From positions 128,001 through 192,000 of the forward strand of contig JBHLNF010000001.1 of NCBI GenBank assembly GCA_048937405.1: a stretch of 64,000 bases of DNA, in the 5' to 3' direction. The notes below the pieces were generated by a model. That model was given only the letters and a program-made list of their open reading frames with translations, was not told where the DNA came from and did no database searches. This document shows positions 36,428 to 46,319 of the stretch, piece after piece (positions within the stretch are counted from its first letter, which is position 1; every line of letters starts with the position of its first letter). This DNA is from Promethearchaeota archaeon (GTDB lineage Archaea > Asgardarchaeota > Lokiarchaeia > Sigyniarchaeales > SOKP01). Position numbers and translations under genes: made by a program.

Positions 36428-38968
36428 TTGAAAAAATTTTTCAGAAATTTACTATTTGTTTTGTATCTTTTTATATCAATTGGATTTTCTTTTTTGTTCA
36501 ATACACTGTTTTTTCATTTTGATTGGTCAGAACTTATAGTAGATTGGATTTTTATAATAACAACTTTTCTATATTTATTGACAATTGAAGAATTTTATCA
36601 TTGGGTTCGAAATAATAAAAGAAGTGAAATGAGTGATATTGTAGCAATAGCTTTTTTCTTTTTCCTCATTTTGTTTTTTACAAAGGACTTTCTGACTTCT
36701 TTAATGGGAGCATTTTCGATTTATCTCTGGATTGGTATTTTTGAATTAAAAGATTATCCAATATTAAATAAAATATTGATAATCTCATTAGTGACCTACA
36801 ATATTATATTTTTTGCAGGTATCATTTCCTACTATCAAAATAATTCTTTTTTTATAAATACGGCTTTCGCATTTTCCTTCTGGATTATTTTGATTATGGG
36901 ATTTGTATTATTTGGGAGAAAATATTTAATTGTGTGGAGATTTATGAGTCCCGAATATCTAACACTATTTTTATATATAATAGCTTGGTTAGCAGTTACC
37001 TTTCTTAATCAATATACTGCTCTTAACTTCACTAGTAATAAACCATTAAATTTTGAACAACTAACTCTTCTTGATTTTTTTATGAATATATATTTTATTC
37101 TAGTCTGTGTAAATTGGATAATTTATTTTATTTCTGGTTCAATTTTAGATAAAATGCTTGGAATTAAGAGAATAAAAGATAAAACTATTTTGAAAAAAGT
37201 AACTGAAGTAAAGAATAAAATTGGAATTAAAGGTAAAGTAAAAGTAGGCTATGGAAAATATCCAATTTTAAATGCAATGGCATATGGCTCCTTTTTTGAT
37301 AATAGAATTGCTATAATTGCTGAAGATCTGAACCAAATCCCTAATGATGAGTTAAATGGAATTATAGCTCATGAATTAGCACATACTAAAGGACATCATA
37401 CATTAATATTAACTATAATCACAACAGGAGATCTATTAGTGAGAATGATTTTAGGTATTCCTGCCACATTATATGATTATACTTTTGGAAATCCGCAGAT
37501 TCCAATGATTGCTTTTATTTTTTTGAATATAGCGATATATATCCTTCTTTTTATATTTGTAAGAATTTTAGAAGGAAAGGCTGATTTAAAAGCGAAAAAA
37601 GCGGGATATGCAAGAGAACTAACTAAAGCTCTTTATAATTTAGAAAGTTTCTATGCTACTGGAAGAGAAATTGGATTAAATACAATGTTATTATGTGATG
37701 AAAAGATAACAAAAGATAATCAACTATTAGATTATATGAATACTGCTATATATTTGCATCATTCTATGATCAAACCATCAAGAGCATCACTAATTTCAAA
37801 TTTTATAAACTCTCATCCACCGAGTTATCATAGAATTGCAGCACTATTAAGTAATGATTTAAAGCCAAGCAAAGAAGCAATCCTTCCTTTTATTTGTTTG
37901 AAACAATCTAATCAAAAAAAATATGCTAGAAAATTTAAAATGGCTAGAGAGCAATTTAAATTGATAGCAAATGAGAAATTTAAAGAGTTTTTTAAAATTG
38001 ACGATATTTCTTCAATGATGGTCAAGCTTAAAAGGAATGAATTATATAAATTTGAAATTCAGAAAGATTTTGTTTTTCGCAATCTAATTACAGATGATTT
38101 AATTCTTGGAAAATTAGACGATGTTGAATTTGTTGATGATATCTCGGATCCTATTCAATTTATAATAAACGATACTAAAAATCACAAAATTTGTTATTTA
38201 AACTCATCAACCTATTTACGCATTCGATATGATATAAATGCTCAATATTTCTTACAGAAAGATCAATCCTTAACTTTAACTGATGTTGTAATTTCCAATA
38301 AAACCAAAAAACCGTATTATCTTTTCATGGAAAATGATATCACTAAAATCCAAAAATCAATTTTAAAAACACATTTACCAATTTCAATTTCTCAAATTGA
38401 TTCATTGAAAAATCAAGAGATTTTTTTAAAATCAAAAGGAACCTTAAAAAGATTTAAATGTACGGACATAATTAAAGCAGATAATTTGGGAAATTTTCAA
38501 ATTGAATTATCTAATATAGAAAATAAAGATAAAGAACCAATCAAATATACTTTCAATCAATTAATAATTCGACCTAAAAGAATTTATTTAAATATTAGTA
38601 GAAGATCAAGTTTTCGAGAATCTGAAGTTGATATCATTAAATGGTTATCCATCAATCAACTTCAAGCTTTTATTTATCTTAAGAAACCTGTGAATAATAT
38701 AGAAATTGGTTATATTCAGAATATTGAAGGCGATTTACAAAATAGTATGAAAAACTTCTCAATCAAAGATAAAAAAAATGAAAATGCTTTACTTATTATA
38801 AAGAATATTTTTGGAAAGGAAGTAAAAATCCCTTATAAGCAATTAGAGACAATTTATTTTGAATATGATGGTGCTCTAATACAAATTAAATCAGCGACAA
38901 GCTTTACTAGTCGTCTAGGGTATAAATTGCTAAAGAGGTTCAAACCTGAAAGAATCATTATGACTTAA
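36428..38968 (+). CDS. large M48 family membrane zinc metalloprotease (HtpX/Ste24-like)
   Basis: ~7 N-terminal TM helices, NAMA, AHELAH, EGKAD, SHPPSYHRI; ~350-aa soluble C-terminal extension. Confidence 0.85.
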   Translation: MKKFFRNLLFVLYLFISIGFSFLFNTLFFHFDWSELIVDWIFIITTFLYLLTIEEFYHWVRNNKRSEMSDIVAIAFFFFLILFFTKDFLTSLMGAFSIYLWIGIFELKDYPILNKILIISLVTYNIIFFAGIISYYQNNSFFINTAFAFSFWIILIMGFVLFGRKYLIVWRFMSPEYLTLFLYIIAWLAVTFLNQYTALNFTSNKPLNFEQLTLLDFFMNIYFILVCVNWIIYFISGSILDKMLGIKRIKDKTILKKVTEVKNKIGIKGKVKVGYGKYPILNAMAYGSFFDNRIAIIAEDLNQIPNDELNGIIAHELAHTKGHHTLILTIITTGDLLVRMILGIPATLYDYTFGNPQIPMIAFIFLNIAIYILLFIFVRILEGKADLKAKKAGYARELTKALYNLESFYATGREIGLNTMLLCDEKITKDNQLLDYMNTAIYLHHSMIKPSRASLISNFINSHPPSYHRIAALLSNDLKPSKEAILPFICLKQSNQKKYARKFKMAREQFKLIANEKFKEFFKIDDISSMMVKLKRNELYKFEIQKDFVFRNLITDDLILGKLDDVEFVDDISDPIQFIINDTKNHKICYLNSSTYLRIRYDINAQYFLQKDQSLTLTDVVISNKTKKPYYLFMENDITKIQKSILKTHLPISISQIDSLKNQEIFLKSKGTLKRFKCTDIIKADNLGNFQIELSNIENKDKEPIKYTFNQLIIRPKRIYLNISRRSSFRESEVDIIKWLSINQLQAFIYLKKPVNNIEIGYIQNIEGDLQNSMKNFSIKDKKNENALLIIKNIFGKEVKIPYKQLETIYFEYDGALIQIKSATSFTSRLGYKLLKRFKPERIIMT

Positions 38969-39006
38969 AAAAGTTTAATTTACATGTGTCTTTCAAAAAT
39001 TTAATT

Positions 39007-39933
39007 ATGGCAAGTAAAATTAAAAGTATCATTCGACTTCTACGTATTCGACAATATTATAAGAACTTAATGATTTTTGTCGGGATCTTTTTCAGTTATA
39101 GATTATTTAATACCTCCCTCTATTTTCCACTATTAATTGGATTTGCTTTATTATGTTCAGCTTCATCTTTTAATTATATTATCAATGATATTCGAGATAT
39201 TCAAAATGATAAGAAGCATCCCGAGAAAATTAGAAAGAAACCTCTTGCTTCCGGAGATCTTTCAATTTCTTTTGCCATATTAGTATTATTTATATTAATT
39301 TTATTTATAGTACTAAGTTTGATATTTATTATTCCAAATCTCGGGCTAACACTCATGATAATATTGATTATCACAACAGGTCAGTTGTATAATTATTTTT
39401 TAAAAAATTATGCTTTTATAGATATAATTATCTTGTCCACGGGATATTTATGGAGATCCATAGCAGGCTGTGCAATAATTGGGGAATATGTTTCTGGATG
39501 GTTATATTTTGCAATTTTTGAGATTGCCCTATTATTAAGTATCGCAAAAAGAAAGGGTGATTTAGAACTGCTAGGTAAAGAGAAAGCCATTGAACATAAA
39601 AAAGTATATGATCAATACTCCAAAAAATTATTAGATCAATTTTATGTAATGATAGCGGTCTCTGTTTTTATAACTTATTCGCTTTATCTCATCTTTAAAT
39701 TTGATTTATTTATTCCAGAAGAAGCAAGCCTCAATGAACTGCTTGTTATCATAACAATACCAATTTCCCTCTATATAATTATGAGATTTATGTATCTTAC
39801 CTCTGCTAAACCAGAAGTTGCTCGTAGTACTGAAAAAGCTTTTCTAGATAAAGGTATAATTATTGCTGGGATCTTTCTATTTACAATATTACTAATTTCA
39901 TTTTATTTTGATGATTTTCTCGAATTATTCTAA
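39007..39933 (+). CDS. UbiA-family polyprenyl-phosphate phosphoribosyltransferase-like protein
   Basis: RQYYKN, NYIINDIRDIQNDKKHPEK..KPLASG, AKRKGDL, characteristic of the DPPR-synthase subfamily. Confidence 0.75.
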   Translation: MASKIKSIIRLLRIRQYYKNLMIFVGIFFSYRLFNTSLYFPLLIGFALLCSASSFNYIINDIRDIQNDKKHPEKIRKKPLASGDLSISFAILVLFILILFIVLSLIFIIPNLGLTLMIILIITTGQLYNYFLKNYAFIDIIILSTGYLWRSIAGCAIIGEYVSGWLYFAIFEIALLLSIAKRKGDLELLGKEKAIEHKKVYDQYSKKLLDQFYVMIAVSVFITYSLYLIFKFDLFIPEEASLNELLVIITIPISLYIIMRFMYLTSAKPEVARSTEKAFLDKGIIIAGIFLFTILLISFYFDDFLELF

Positions 39934-40089
39934 ACATTGGAAATAGCATTAGATTTAATTCTCCCAGAAAATTTCATTTTTTATCATAAAATAATAGGAT
40001 ATTTAAATACAGCATTTAGAAGATTATTATAACATATATTCAAATAATTTTCCTCTATAACTACCTGATATTGAAGGAAAATTAAATAA

Positions 40090-41289
40090 TCACTCCAATT
40101 GAAGATCCATATAAGTTATCGCATTATAACAGATTCTTAGACAATCATTCAAAATTTTATTAGAACATTTATCTGGAGTGTCCAAGGTAGAATGAATGTA
40201 TTTTGAATCCTTGTCTGAATGAAAACAAGCTACTTGAAAAAATTTTCGTGTTCTTTTAGTATATGCATGAAAAGACCTATAATCACTTTTTGGTTTAATA
40301 ATCTTATTATATATTTCTAAAGGAATATTTAATTTCTCTGCTGATGTCCTTAAAATATCATTTAAATCCCTATTCATGGGCCTTTTTACAATTAGTCCTG
40401 TTTTCCCTAAAAGTCCGACATAACTCCCAACCATATCAATATTGATATTTATCGATCTTTCAAGATTATTATTGTTTTTAAATTCTTGAAAATATTTTTT
40501 TGTATATTTTTTTGAACCTTTTAATCCCCATTCTTCAGCACCAAACCATATGAATAAAACATCATAATTTTTAAGAGGCTTTTCCTTAATGATTTTTGAA
40601 AGTTCAATTAAAATTGAAACACCACTTGCATTATCAATTGAACCGGTTGATTTGCTAGAAGTAAAAATGAAAAGAAATATTGGGATAATAATACTTAATG
40701 TAACTAAAGAAAGAATACTAACCACATACAATATATAATTATTAAAAAAGGTAACATTGAATAAATTGAGTGTCAACCATACTGATATAAAAATAGCCAG
40801 ACTAATGTGAGGAATTATTATAAATCGAATAATGCCTAATAATACTCTTTGCACTTTATATGACACTCTTGATGAGACAGAATCGTAATGTGCAGAGAAT
40901 ATAACCAGCGGCTTAGGAGATTTGTTATTATTAATTGAAATTTTGGATATAAGATTCTTTGATTCTTCCTTCTTTACAAATGAAATATTACGGGTTTTAT
41001 AGAACATATATTTAATGAAATAAAATAGTACAATAATTAAATATAAGCGAAATATCAATAAATAGGCAAATAGCATTAAGTAAAGTGTTTTCATTAATAA
41101 TCTTATTGGCGTATTCCAAGAAAAATATTCAATTCTTGAATCAACACCCTGTAATCTCAACTTTTCTTGGATATAATTAATTGATTTGGTTTCTCCCACA
41201 CTAGCAGCTGAACGATCAAATGCTAATGCTCTCACATGATTTATAATGTTTAGTTCTTTATTTTCCTTGCTATTTACTCCTACTTCCAT
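40090..41289 (-). CDS. M28 family peptidase with transmembrane segments
   Basis: SAHYDS, GSIDNASGV, GAEEWGL.GS, NIDMVG, SDY, HSTLDT. Confidence 0.88.
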   Translation of the reverse strand: MEVGVNSKENKELNIINHVRALAFDRSAASVGETKSINYIQEKLRLQGVDSRIEYFSWNTPIRLLMKTLYLMLFAYLLIFRLYLIIVLFYFIKYMFYKTRNISFVKKEESKNLISKISINNNKSPKPLVIFSAHYDSVSSRVSYKVQRVLLGIIRFIIIPHISLAIFISVWLTLNLFNVTFFNNYILYVVSILSLVTLSIIIPIFLFIFTSSKSTGSIDNASGVSILIELSKIIKEKPLKNYDVLFIWFGAEEWGLKGSKKYTKKYFQEFKNNNNLERSININIDMVGSYVGLLGKTGLIVKRPMNRDLNDILRTSAEKLNIPLEIYNKIIKPKSDYRSFHAYTKRTRKFFQVACFHSDKDSKYIHSTLDTPDKCSNKILNDCLRICYNAITYMDLQLE

Positions 41290-41637
41290 TTTTTATTTGC
41301 TTTTAGTATGAAATATTTTAATAACGCTAAACTTTTATTATACTTTAATGTTTCTTTTATATAGTGCAATTATAGATTCCAAGTGATTTCTCTTAAAAAG
41401 CAATATCTAATTTTCCAATTCAATTTTTAATCTCCAATGTGATTTCCTAAAAAATAAATTACGAGTTGATTAATCAAATAAATAATTATTTTCTTCATTG
41501 ACTTTATTAGACACTCTAATATCATTATATATATAAAAAAAAACGATAAAACTTATAAGGAGTTGAATTTAAAACAATAATTAACAATAATTTAAATAAA
41601 ATTTTCTAAAAATTTAAATCATTTAAGTGATAAAAAT

Positions 41638-43332
41638 ATGGAAATGGAAAAGAAAAATCTTGCAATAATTGTATTAGCCGTAGCTTTAGTGGCATCTGGT
41701 ATTGGTAATATAGTAATTCTTACAATGAGTGGACTTATTGAGCCAACCGCACCAAAAGAATTACCCACGACCCTCATTTTTGGTACTGGTAGCGGTCCTG
41801 TTGACTCTGATCCCCAATATATGTGGGATAGTGCCTCATTTGACTATGCCTATCAAATTTGGGAAGGTTTATATGCGTATAACTTAAGTGATCCAGACAC
41901 TCCTTTGTTTGCAAATCTTGCAACTGATTTTGGTACGTGGAGTGGTAATAACCACACAGTAACTATTCGACAGGGTATTGAGTTCCATTCTGGTACTAAA
42001 TTTAATGCCACATCTGTAAAATTCTCCCTAGATAGAATAAACTTTTTAAGTAATCTTACAGTTTCAGAAGAATATAATGTGACAGATACATCTTATGGTG
42101 TAAGTGACCTTGCGGTATTATATATGTGGCCTGATGGTACCCCTATTCTTAATCGCACAGAGATCATTAGTGAGTATGTGGTTAAATTTGTATTAAACAG
42201 ACCATATGGTGTCTGGCTACCATTATTGACTTTTACAGGCTCAATGATGCTCGATCCTGAAGTAACTCCAGCAGGTGATTATATATGTGAAGGAATGTCG
42301 GGAGCAACCTCAGAAACAATCTCTGGAACTGGTCCATGGAAATTTGATTATAACATTGCTGGTGTTGAAACACAATTCTCAAGGAATGATGATTTTTGGC
42401 GAGGTCCAGGAGAAATTGAAAAGTTAAAATTTACTGTTATACAAGACTCTGATGCTAGAAATACAGCTATGTTAAATGGAGAAGTACATATATTGGATGC
42501 ACCTCACCCATCATACTATGATGAAATGGGTTCAAATCCAGATTTGGTGCTATACGAGGCTGGTCCTGGTACAATTACTCAATATCTTGGAATGAATAAT
42601 GTACTTTACAACATTACTGTCAGAAGTGCAATTTCCTATGCTATTGATTATGATTATATGATCAATAACTTACTTGAAGGTGAAGCCGTAAGACTAAAAT
42701 CACCAATTCCTCTAGGTATTCAATATGCCAACTGGTCATATGATGTTCCTACTTTAAATCTTACGAAAGCAAGAGAATATATGCAAAGCATGGGGTATGG
42801 TGTTGGCTATACCACAGATGCACAATGGGAAGCTGCGTCCTTTATAACAGTCAACTATACCTATAACTTAGATAATCAGTTCCGAATAGATATGCTCACG
42901 TTATTACAAGATAACTTAGGAAAGATCGGAATTGCTGTTATTGATAACGGTTTGGAATGGTCGCTATATAAAGCTTATCTACAGCTTCCACTAAGCCATA
43001 ATAAATTATCAATATGGTTTATCGGATGGATGCCTGACTATAATGACCCAAGCAATTATGCAAATTCCTTAATGTCAAATATATCTGCTTCAAACACCGC
43101 ACAAATCAATGATCCTACATTAGAAGCTTACTTATTAGCAGGTTTAGAAGAGACAAATCAGACTATTAGAAAACAAATTTACGGGGACATGCAAAAATAC
43201 TGTGTTGAACAATTAAGACCTTGGGCTTATGGCTATGTTGCAAAAAATTTTGATGTGTGGATAAAAGAGCTACACGGCTATCCTAGCAATGGTATGGGTT
43301 ACAATTATTTCTATCCTTGTTATTTTGAATAA
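41638..43332 (+). CDS. dppA: peptide/nickel ABC transporter substrate-binding protein (family 5)
   Basis: N-terminal anchor, IRQGIEFHSGTKFNA, GTGPWK, VRSAISYAID, GWMPDYNDP. Confidence 0.9.
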   Translation: MEMEKKNLAIIVLAVALVASGIGNIVILTMSGLIEPTAPKELPTTLIFGTGSGPVDSDPQYMWDSASFDYAYQIWEGLYAYNLSDPDTPLFANLATDFGTWSGNNHTVTIRQGIEFHSGTKFNATSVKFSLDRINFLSNLTVSEEYNVTDTSYGVSDLAVLYMWPDGTPILNRTEIISEYVVKFVLNRPYGVWLPLLTFTGSMMLDPEVTPAGDYICEGMSGATSETISGTGPWKFDYNIAGVETQFSRNDDFWRGPGEIEKLKFTVIQDSDARNTAMLNGEVHILDAPHPSYYDEMGSNPDLVLYEAGPGTITQYLGMNNVLYNITVRSAISYAIDYDYMINNLLEGEAVRLKSPIPLGIQYANWSYDVPTLNLTKAREYMQSMGYGVGYTTDAQWEAASFITVNYTYNLDNQFRIDMLTLLQDNLGKIGIAVIDNGLEWSLYKAYLQLPLSHNKLSIWFIGWMPDYNDPSNYANSLMSNISASNTAQINDPTLEAYLLAGLEETNQTIRKQIYGDMQKYCVEQLRPWAYGYVAKNFDVWIKELHGYPSNGMGYNYFYPCYFE

Positions 43333-43382
43333 AGAATGAAAAAACTTTAAAAAATTACCAAATAAATCAATTTTTTTTTTTA
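43333..43382 (+). terminator. probable archaeal oligo-T terminator after dppA
   Basis: T11 run at 43371-43381, ~40 bp after the stop codon. Confidence 0.4.
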
Positions 43383-43699
43383 AAATTTCTATTTTTAAAT
43401 TACTTCCAAATATCTCTACAATCATTTCAATACCATTATTTTTAAAAACCGATTTAATTACTAGTTTTAAATATTCCCTTCGATATATTAAGCTTGATTT
43501 CTGAAGAATAAAGCCGAAATGTTATGTTTGATTTTTTATTAATATTAAGAAATACTTGGTATGAATCTAAAATAATGAATTAATCCGACAGAATAAAAAA
43601 ATAATAGAATAATTAATAAAGAATCGATCATTGATAAAGATATTTTTAGGAAAACAGTGGTTTAATTTATCTGATATAAATAAATATCGGAAGATTGTA

Positions 43700-44170
43700 A
43701 TGGATAGATATAAAATTGAGCTTGCAAGACAGGGAAATTTTATTGTGGCAATTTTAATGACTCATTTTATTTTTTTTGGCTTTATTGCCAATGTTTATGA
43801 GAAATCGATTGGAGAAGATATATTATTTTTATATAAAGTTTTATTTAGTCCCCAATCTTTTGTTTCAACTTTTCTTCTTATTGCAATTATCTTCTTTATT
43901 GTTTTAAGAGAACCTTTTTTTGAGTACGGAATTAGGAACAGCATAATGCTTACTCCAATTATAGTAGGAATGTCATGGATATGGTATTGGTTTATTGTTG
44001 GATTTGATATCACAATTATTCCTCTCTATTTTATTAAATTTGAAGCTTATTTAACAATTATTAGTATTTTGGGCATTAATTTAACTTCAGCTATTCTTGC
44101 TTCTATTTTAAAAGAAATATATAGAGAACAAAAAAAATCCAAGAAACAAATTATTATAAAAGAAACATAA
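43700..44170 (+). CDS. small four-TM membrane protein inside the dpp cluster
   Basis: Hydrophobic segments, REPFFEYGIRNS; ATG 43700 preferred over TTG 43631. Confidence 0.7.
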   Translation: MDRYKIELARQGNFIVAILMTHFIFFGFIANVYEKSIGEDILFLYKVLFSPQSFVSTFLLIAIIFFIVLREPFFEYGIRNSIMLTPIIVGMSWIWYWFIVGFDITIIPLYFIKFEAYLTIISILGINLTSAILASILKEIYREQKKSKKQIIIKET

Positions 44171-44214
44171 AAAAATAAGTACAATTTTATAAAAGAAAAA
44201 AATGACTAGGTGTA

Positions 44215-45237
44215 TTGAATTTGAGTATACTTAAATATGTATTTAGAAGATTTTTAACTCTAATACCGGTTTTATTCGGAGTATTGTTGGTTACTTTTAT
44301 ACTCTCAAGGCAAATGCCAGGAGATCCTATATTAGCTCATATGCCTCAACAATACACAATGGCACAATATTTAGCCATGAAACATCGACTTGGATTCGAT
44401 AGACCTCTATTTGACCAATTTTTTATTTACATCGGAAATCTCTTTACAGGAAATTGGGGTGTTTCTGTTTCTATTAATAAAGGTCAAGATGTTTGGGAAC
44501 TTATTTGGGAAAGATTTCCAAGGACATTAGATATTACTATGTTTGCAATGATAATTGCCTCTTATGTGGGGATTAAAACGGGAGTAATTTCAGCAACTCA
44601 CAGAAATAAATCAAAAGACACAATTCTTAGGAGTTTTGCTCTTGTGGGCGTTTCAATACCAATCTTCTGGCTTGGTTTAATCCTACAATTGACGTTAGCC
44701 TATAGACTGAATTTATTTCCAGCTGTGGGGTTTAAAACATTAAGTTATACTGATCCTAAATTAGTTACTGGCTTTAGGATAATTGATTCCTTAATATCGG
44801 GGGAATGGTACTTAATCTGGGATTATTTATATCATCTTGCTCTACCAGTACTATGTTTATCTTTTATAACTCTTGCGTCTATCACAAGACAAACCCGTTC
44901 TAGTATGCTAGAAGTATTGCAACAGGATTATATAAGAACTGCAAGAGCAAAAGGATGTAGAGAGAAAGATGTAATACATAAACATGCTAAAAAAAATGCA
45001 TTGATCCCTACGGTGACAATCATAGGTTTGAATGTTGGTGGTTTATTAGGGGGTGCAATTTTAACCGAAACAACCTTTAACTTGCACGGTGTTGGTGAAT
45101 TATTGCTACGAGCTATTGTGATTAGCGATTATTATGTAATTAATGCAATCGTATTTATGACAACTTTGATATTTATTTTTGTCAATCTATTTACAGATTT
45201 AATATATGCCTATTTGGACCCTCGTATAAAATATTAA
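44215..45237 (+). CDS. dppB: peptide ABC transporter permease
   Basis: MPGDP, LGFDRP, RSSMLEVLQQDYIRTARAKG, LDPRI. Confidence 0.93.
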   Translation: MNLSILKYVFRRFLTLIPVLFGVLLVTFILSRQMPGDPILAHMPQQYTMAQYLAMKHRLGFDRPLFDQFFIYIGNLFTGNWGVSVSINKGQDVWELIWERFPRTLDITMFAMIIASYVGIKTGVISATHRNKSKDTILRSFALVGVSIPIFWLGLILQLTLAYRLNLFPAVGFKTLSYTDPKLVTGFRIIDSLISGEWYLIWDYLYHLALPVLCLSFITLASITRQTRSSMLEVLQQDYIRTARAKGCREKDVIHKHAKKNALIPTVTIIGLNVGGLLGGAILTETTFNLHGVGELLLRAIVISDYYVINAIVFMTTLIFIFVNLFTDLIYAYLDPRIKY

Positions 45238-45274
45238 AAAAAAGATAGAGATTATTTCAAAAAGGGAAGAAAAA

Positions 45275-46276
45275 ATGGAACAGTTATATACACAAGAAGA
45301 GTTAATTGAGCAAAAAAAGAAAAAGAATATAGCAAAAAAAGTACTCTCATGGACGGCTTCGAATTTGAAATTTCTTTTTTTACCTGGTTATAGATTAGAA
45401 GAACTTACAATTCGACAAGAAAAATATGAAAAAACTATTAGTAAAAGAAAATTTATCAGAAGATTAAAGTCAACCCTTACAATAATAGGTATAGGTATCA
45501 TTTTTATAATTGTCAGTTTTGCAGTCTTCGCCCCCTGGATATCACCCTACTCATTTCAGGAAGCTGATGGTATTTATGAACCTTGGTATGCTCCACCTTC
45601 TTCAGAACATCCCTTAGGAACAAGTCATTTTGGAAGAGACGTATTAGCAAGAATGATATGGGGGGCAAGATCATCTTTAACCATTGCATTGCCCGCGATT
45701 ACATTAAGTGTAGTTGCTGGTGTCTTTTTTGGTGTTATTGCAGCCTACTATGGTGGATGGATTGATTCAGTCATTATGAGAATATGCGATATTTTTCTTG
45801 CTTTTCCAGGATTAATATTTGCCATAGTTTTAGTGGGTATATTAGGTCGTGTAATGCAATTTATCATTTTAGCTTATGGAATTCTAGGAATACCTTATTA
45901 TGCAAGATTAATTAGAGGGAATGTATTACAAGCTAGAGAACTGCCCTATGTTGAAGCTGCTAAAGTTTCTGGAGCAGGAAGATGGAGAATAATGTTCAAA
46001 CATATAATACCGAACACTATTCAACCAATTATTATCTCATTCACATTTGATATCGGTGGAGTTATTTTAAGTTTCGCTGGTCTAGCCTTTTTAGGATATA
46101 GCGATCCTCACCTAATTGAATGGGGCAGAGATATCGATCTTGGTCGTGGGAAGTTAGTTGAGGCACCTTGGGCGTCATTATTTCCCGGATTGATGATAAT
46201 GCTTACCGTCTTGGGTTTTATGTTAGTAGGAGATGGATTAAGAGATGCCTTGGATCCTAGATTAAGGAACTTATAA
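45275..46276 (+). CDS. dppC: peptide ABC transporter permease
   Basis: HPLGT..GRDV, YVEAAKVSGA, HIIPN, GDGLRDALDPR. Confidence 0.93.
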   Translation: MEQLYTQEELIEQKKKKNIAKKVLSWTASNLKFLFLPGYRLEELTIRQEKYEKTISKRKFIRRLKSTLTIIGIGIIFIIVSFAVFAPWISPYSFQEADGIYEPWYAPPSSEHPLGTSHFGRDVLARMIWGARSSLTIALPAITLSVVAGVFFGVIAAYYGGWIDSVIMRICDIFLAFPGLIFAIVLVGILGRVMQFIILAYGILGIPYYARLIRGNVLQARELPYVEAAKVSGAGRWRIMFKHIIPNTIQPIIISFTFDIGGVILSFAGLAFLGYSDPHLIEWGRDIDLGRGKLVEAPWASLFPGLMIMLTVLGFMLVGDGLRDALDPRLRNL

Positions 46277-46319
46277 CTGCTATTTAAATTTGAGAAAACT
46301 AAGTGATTTGATAAAAATA

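Noticed and set aside
41378-41450. Imperfect direct repeat TCCAA(T)GTGATTTC upstream of dppA/M28
   Set aside because: Two imperfect copies only; too weak to call an operator
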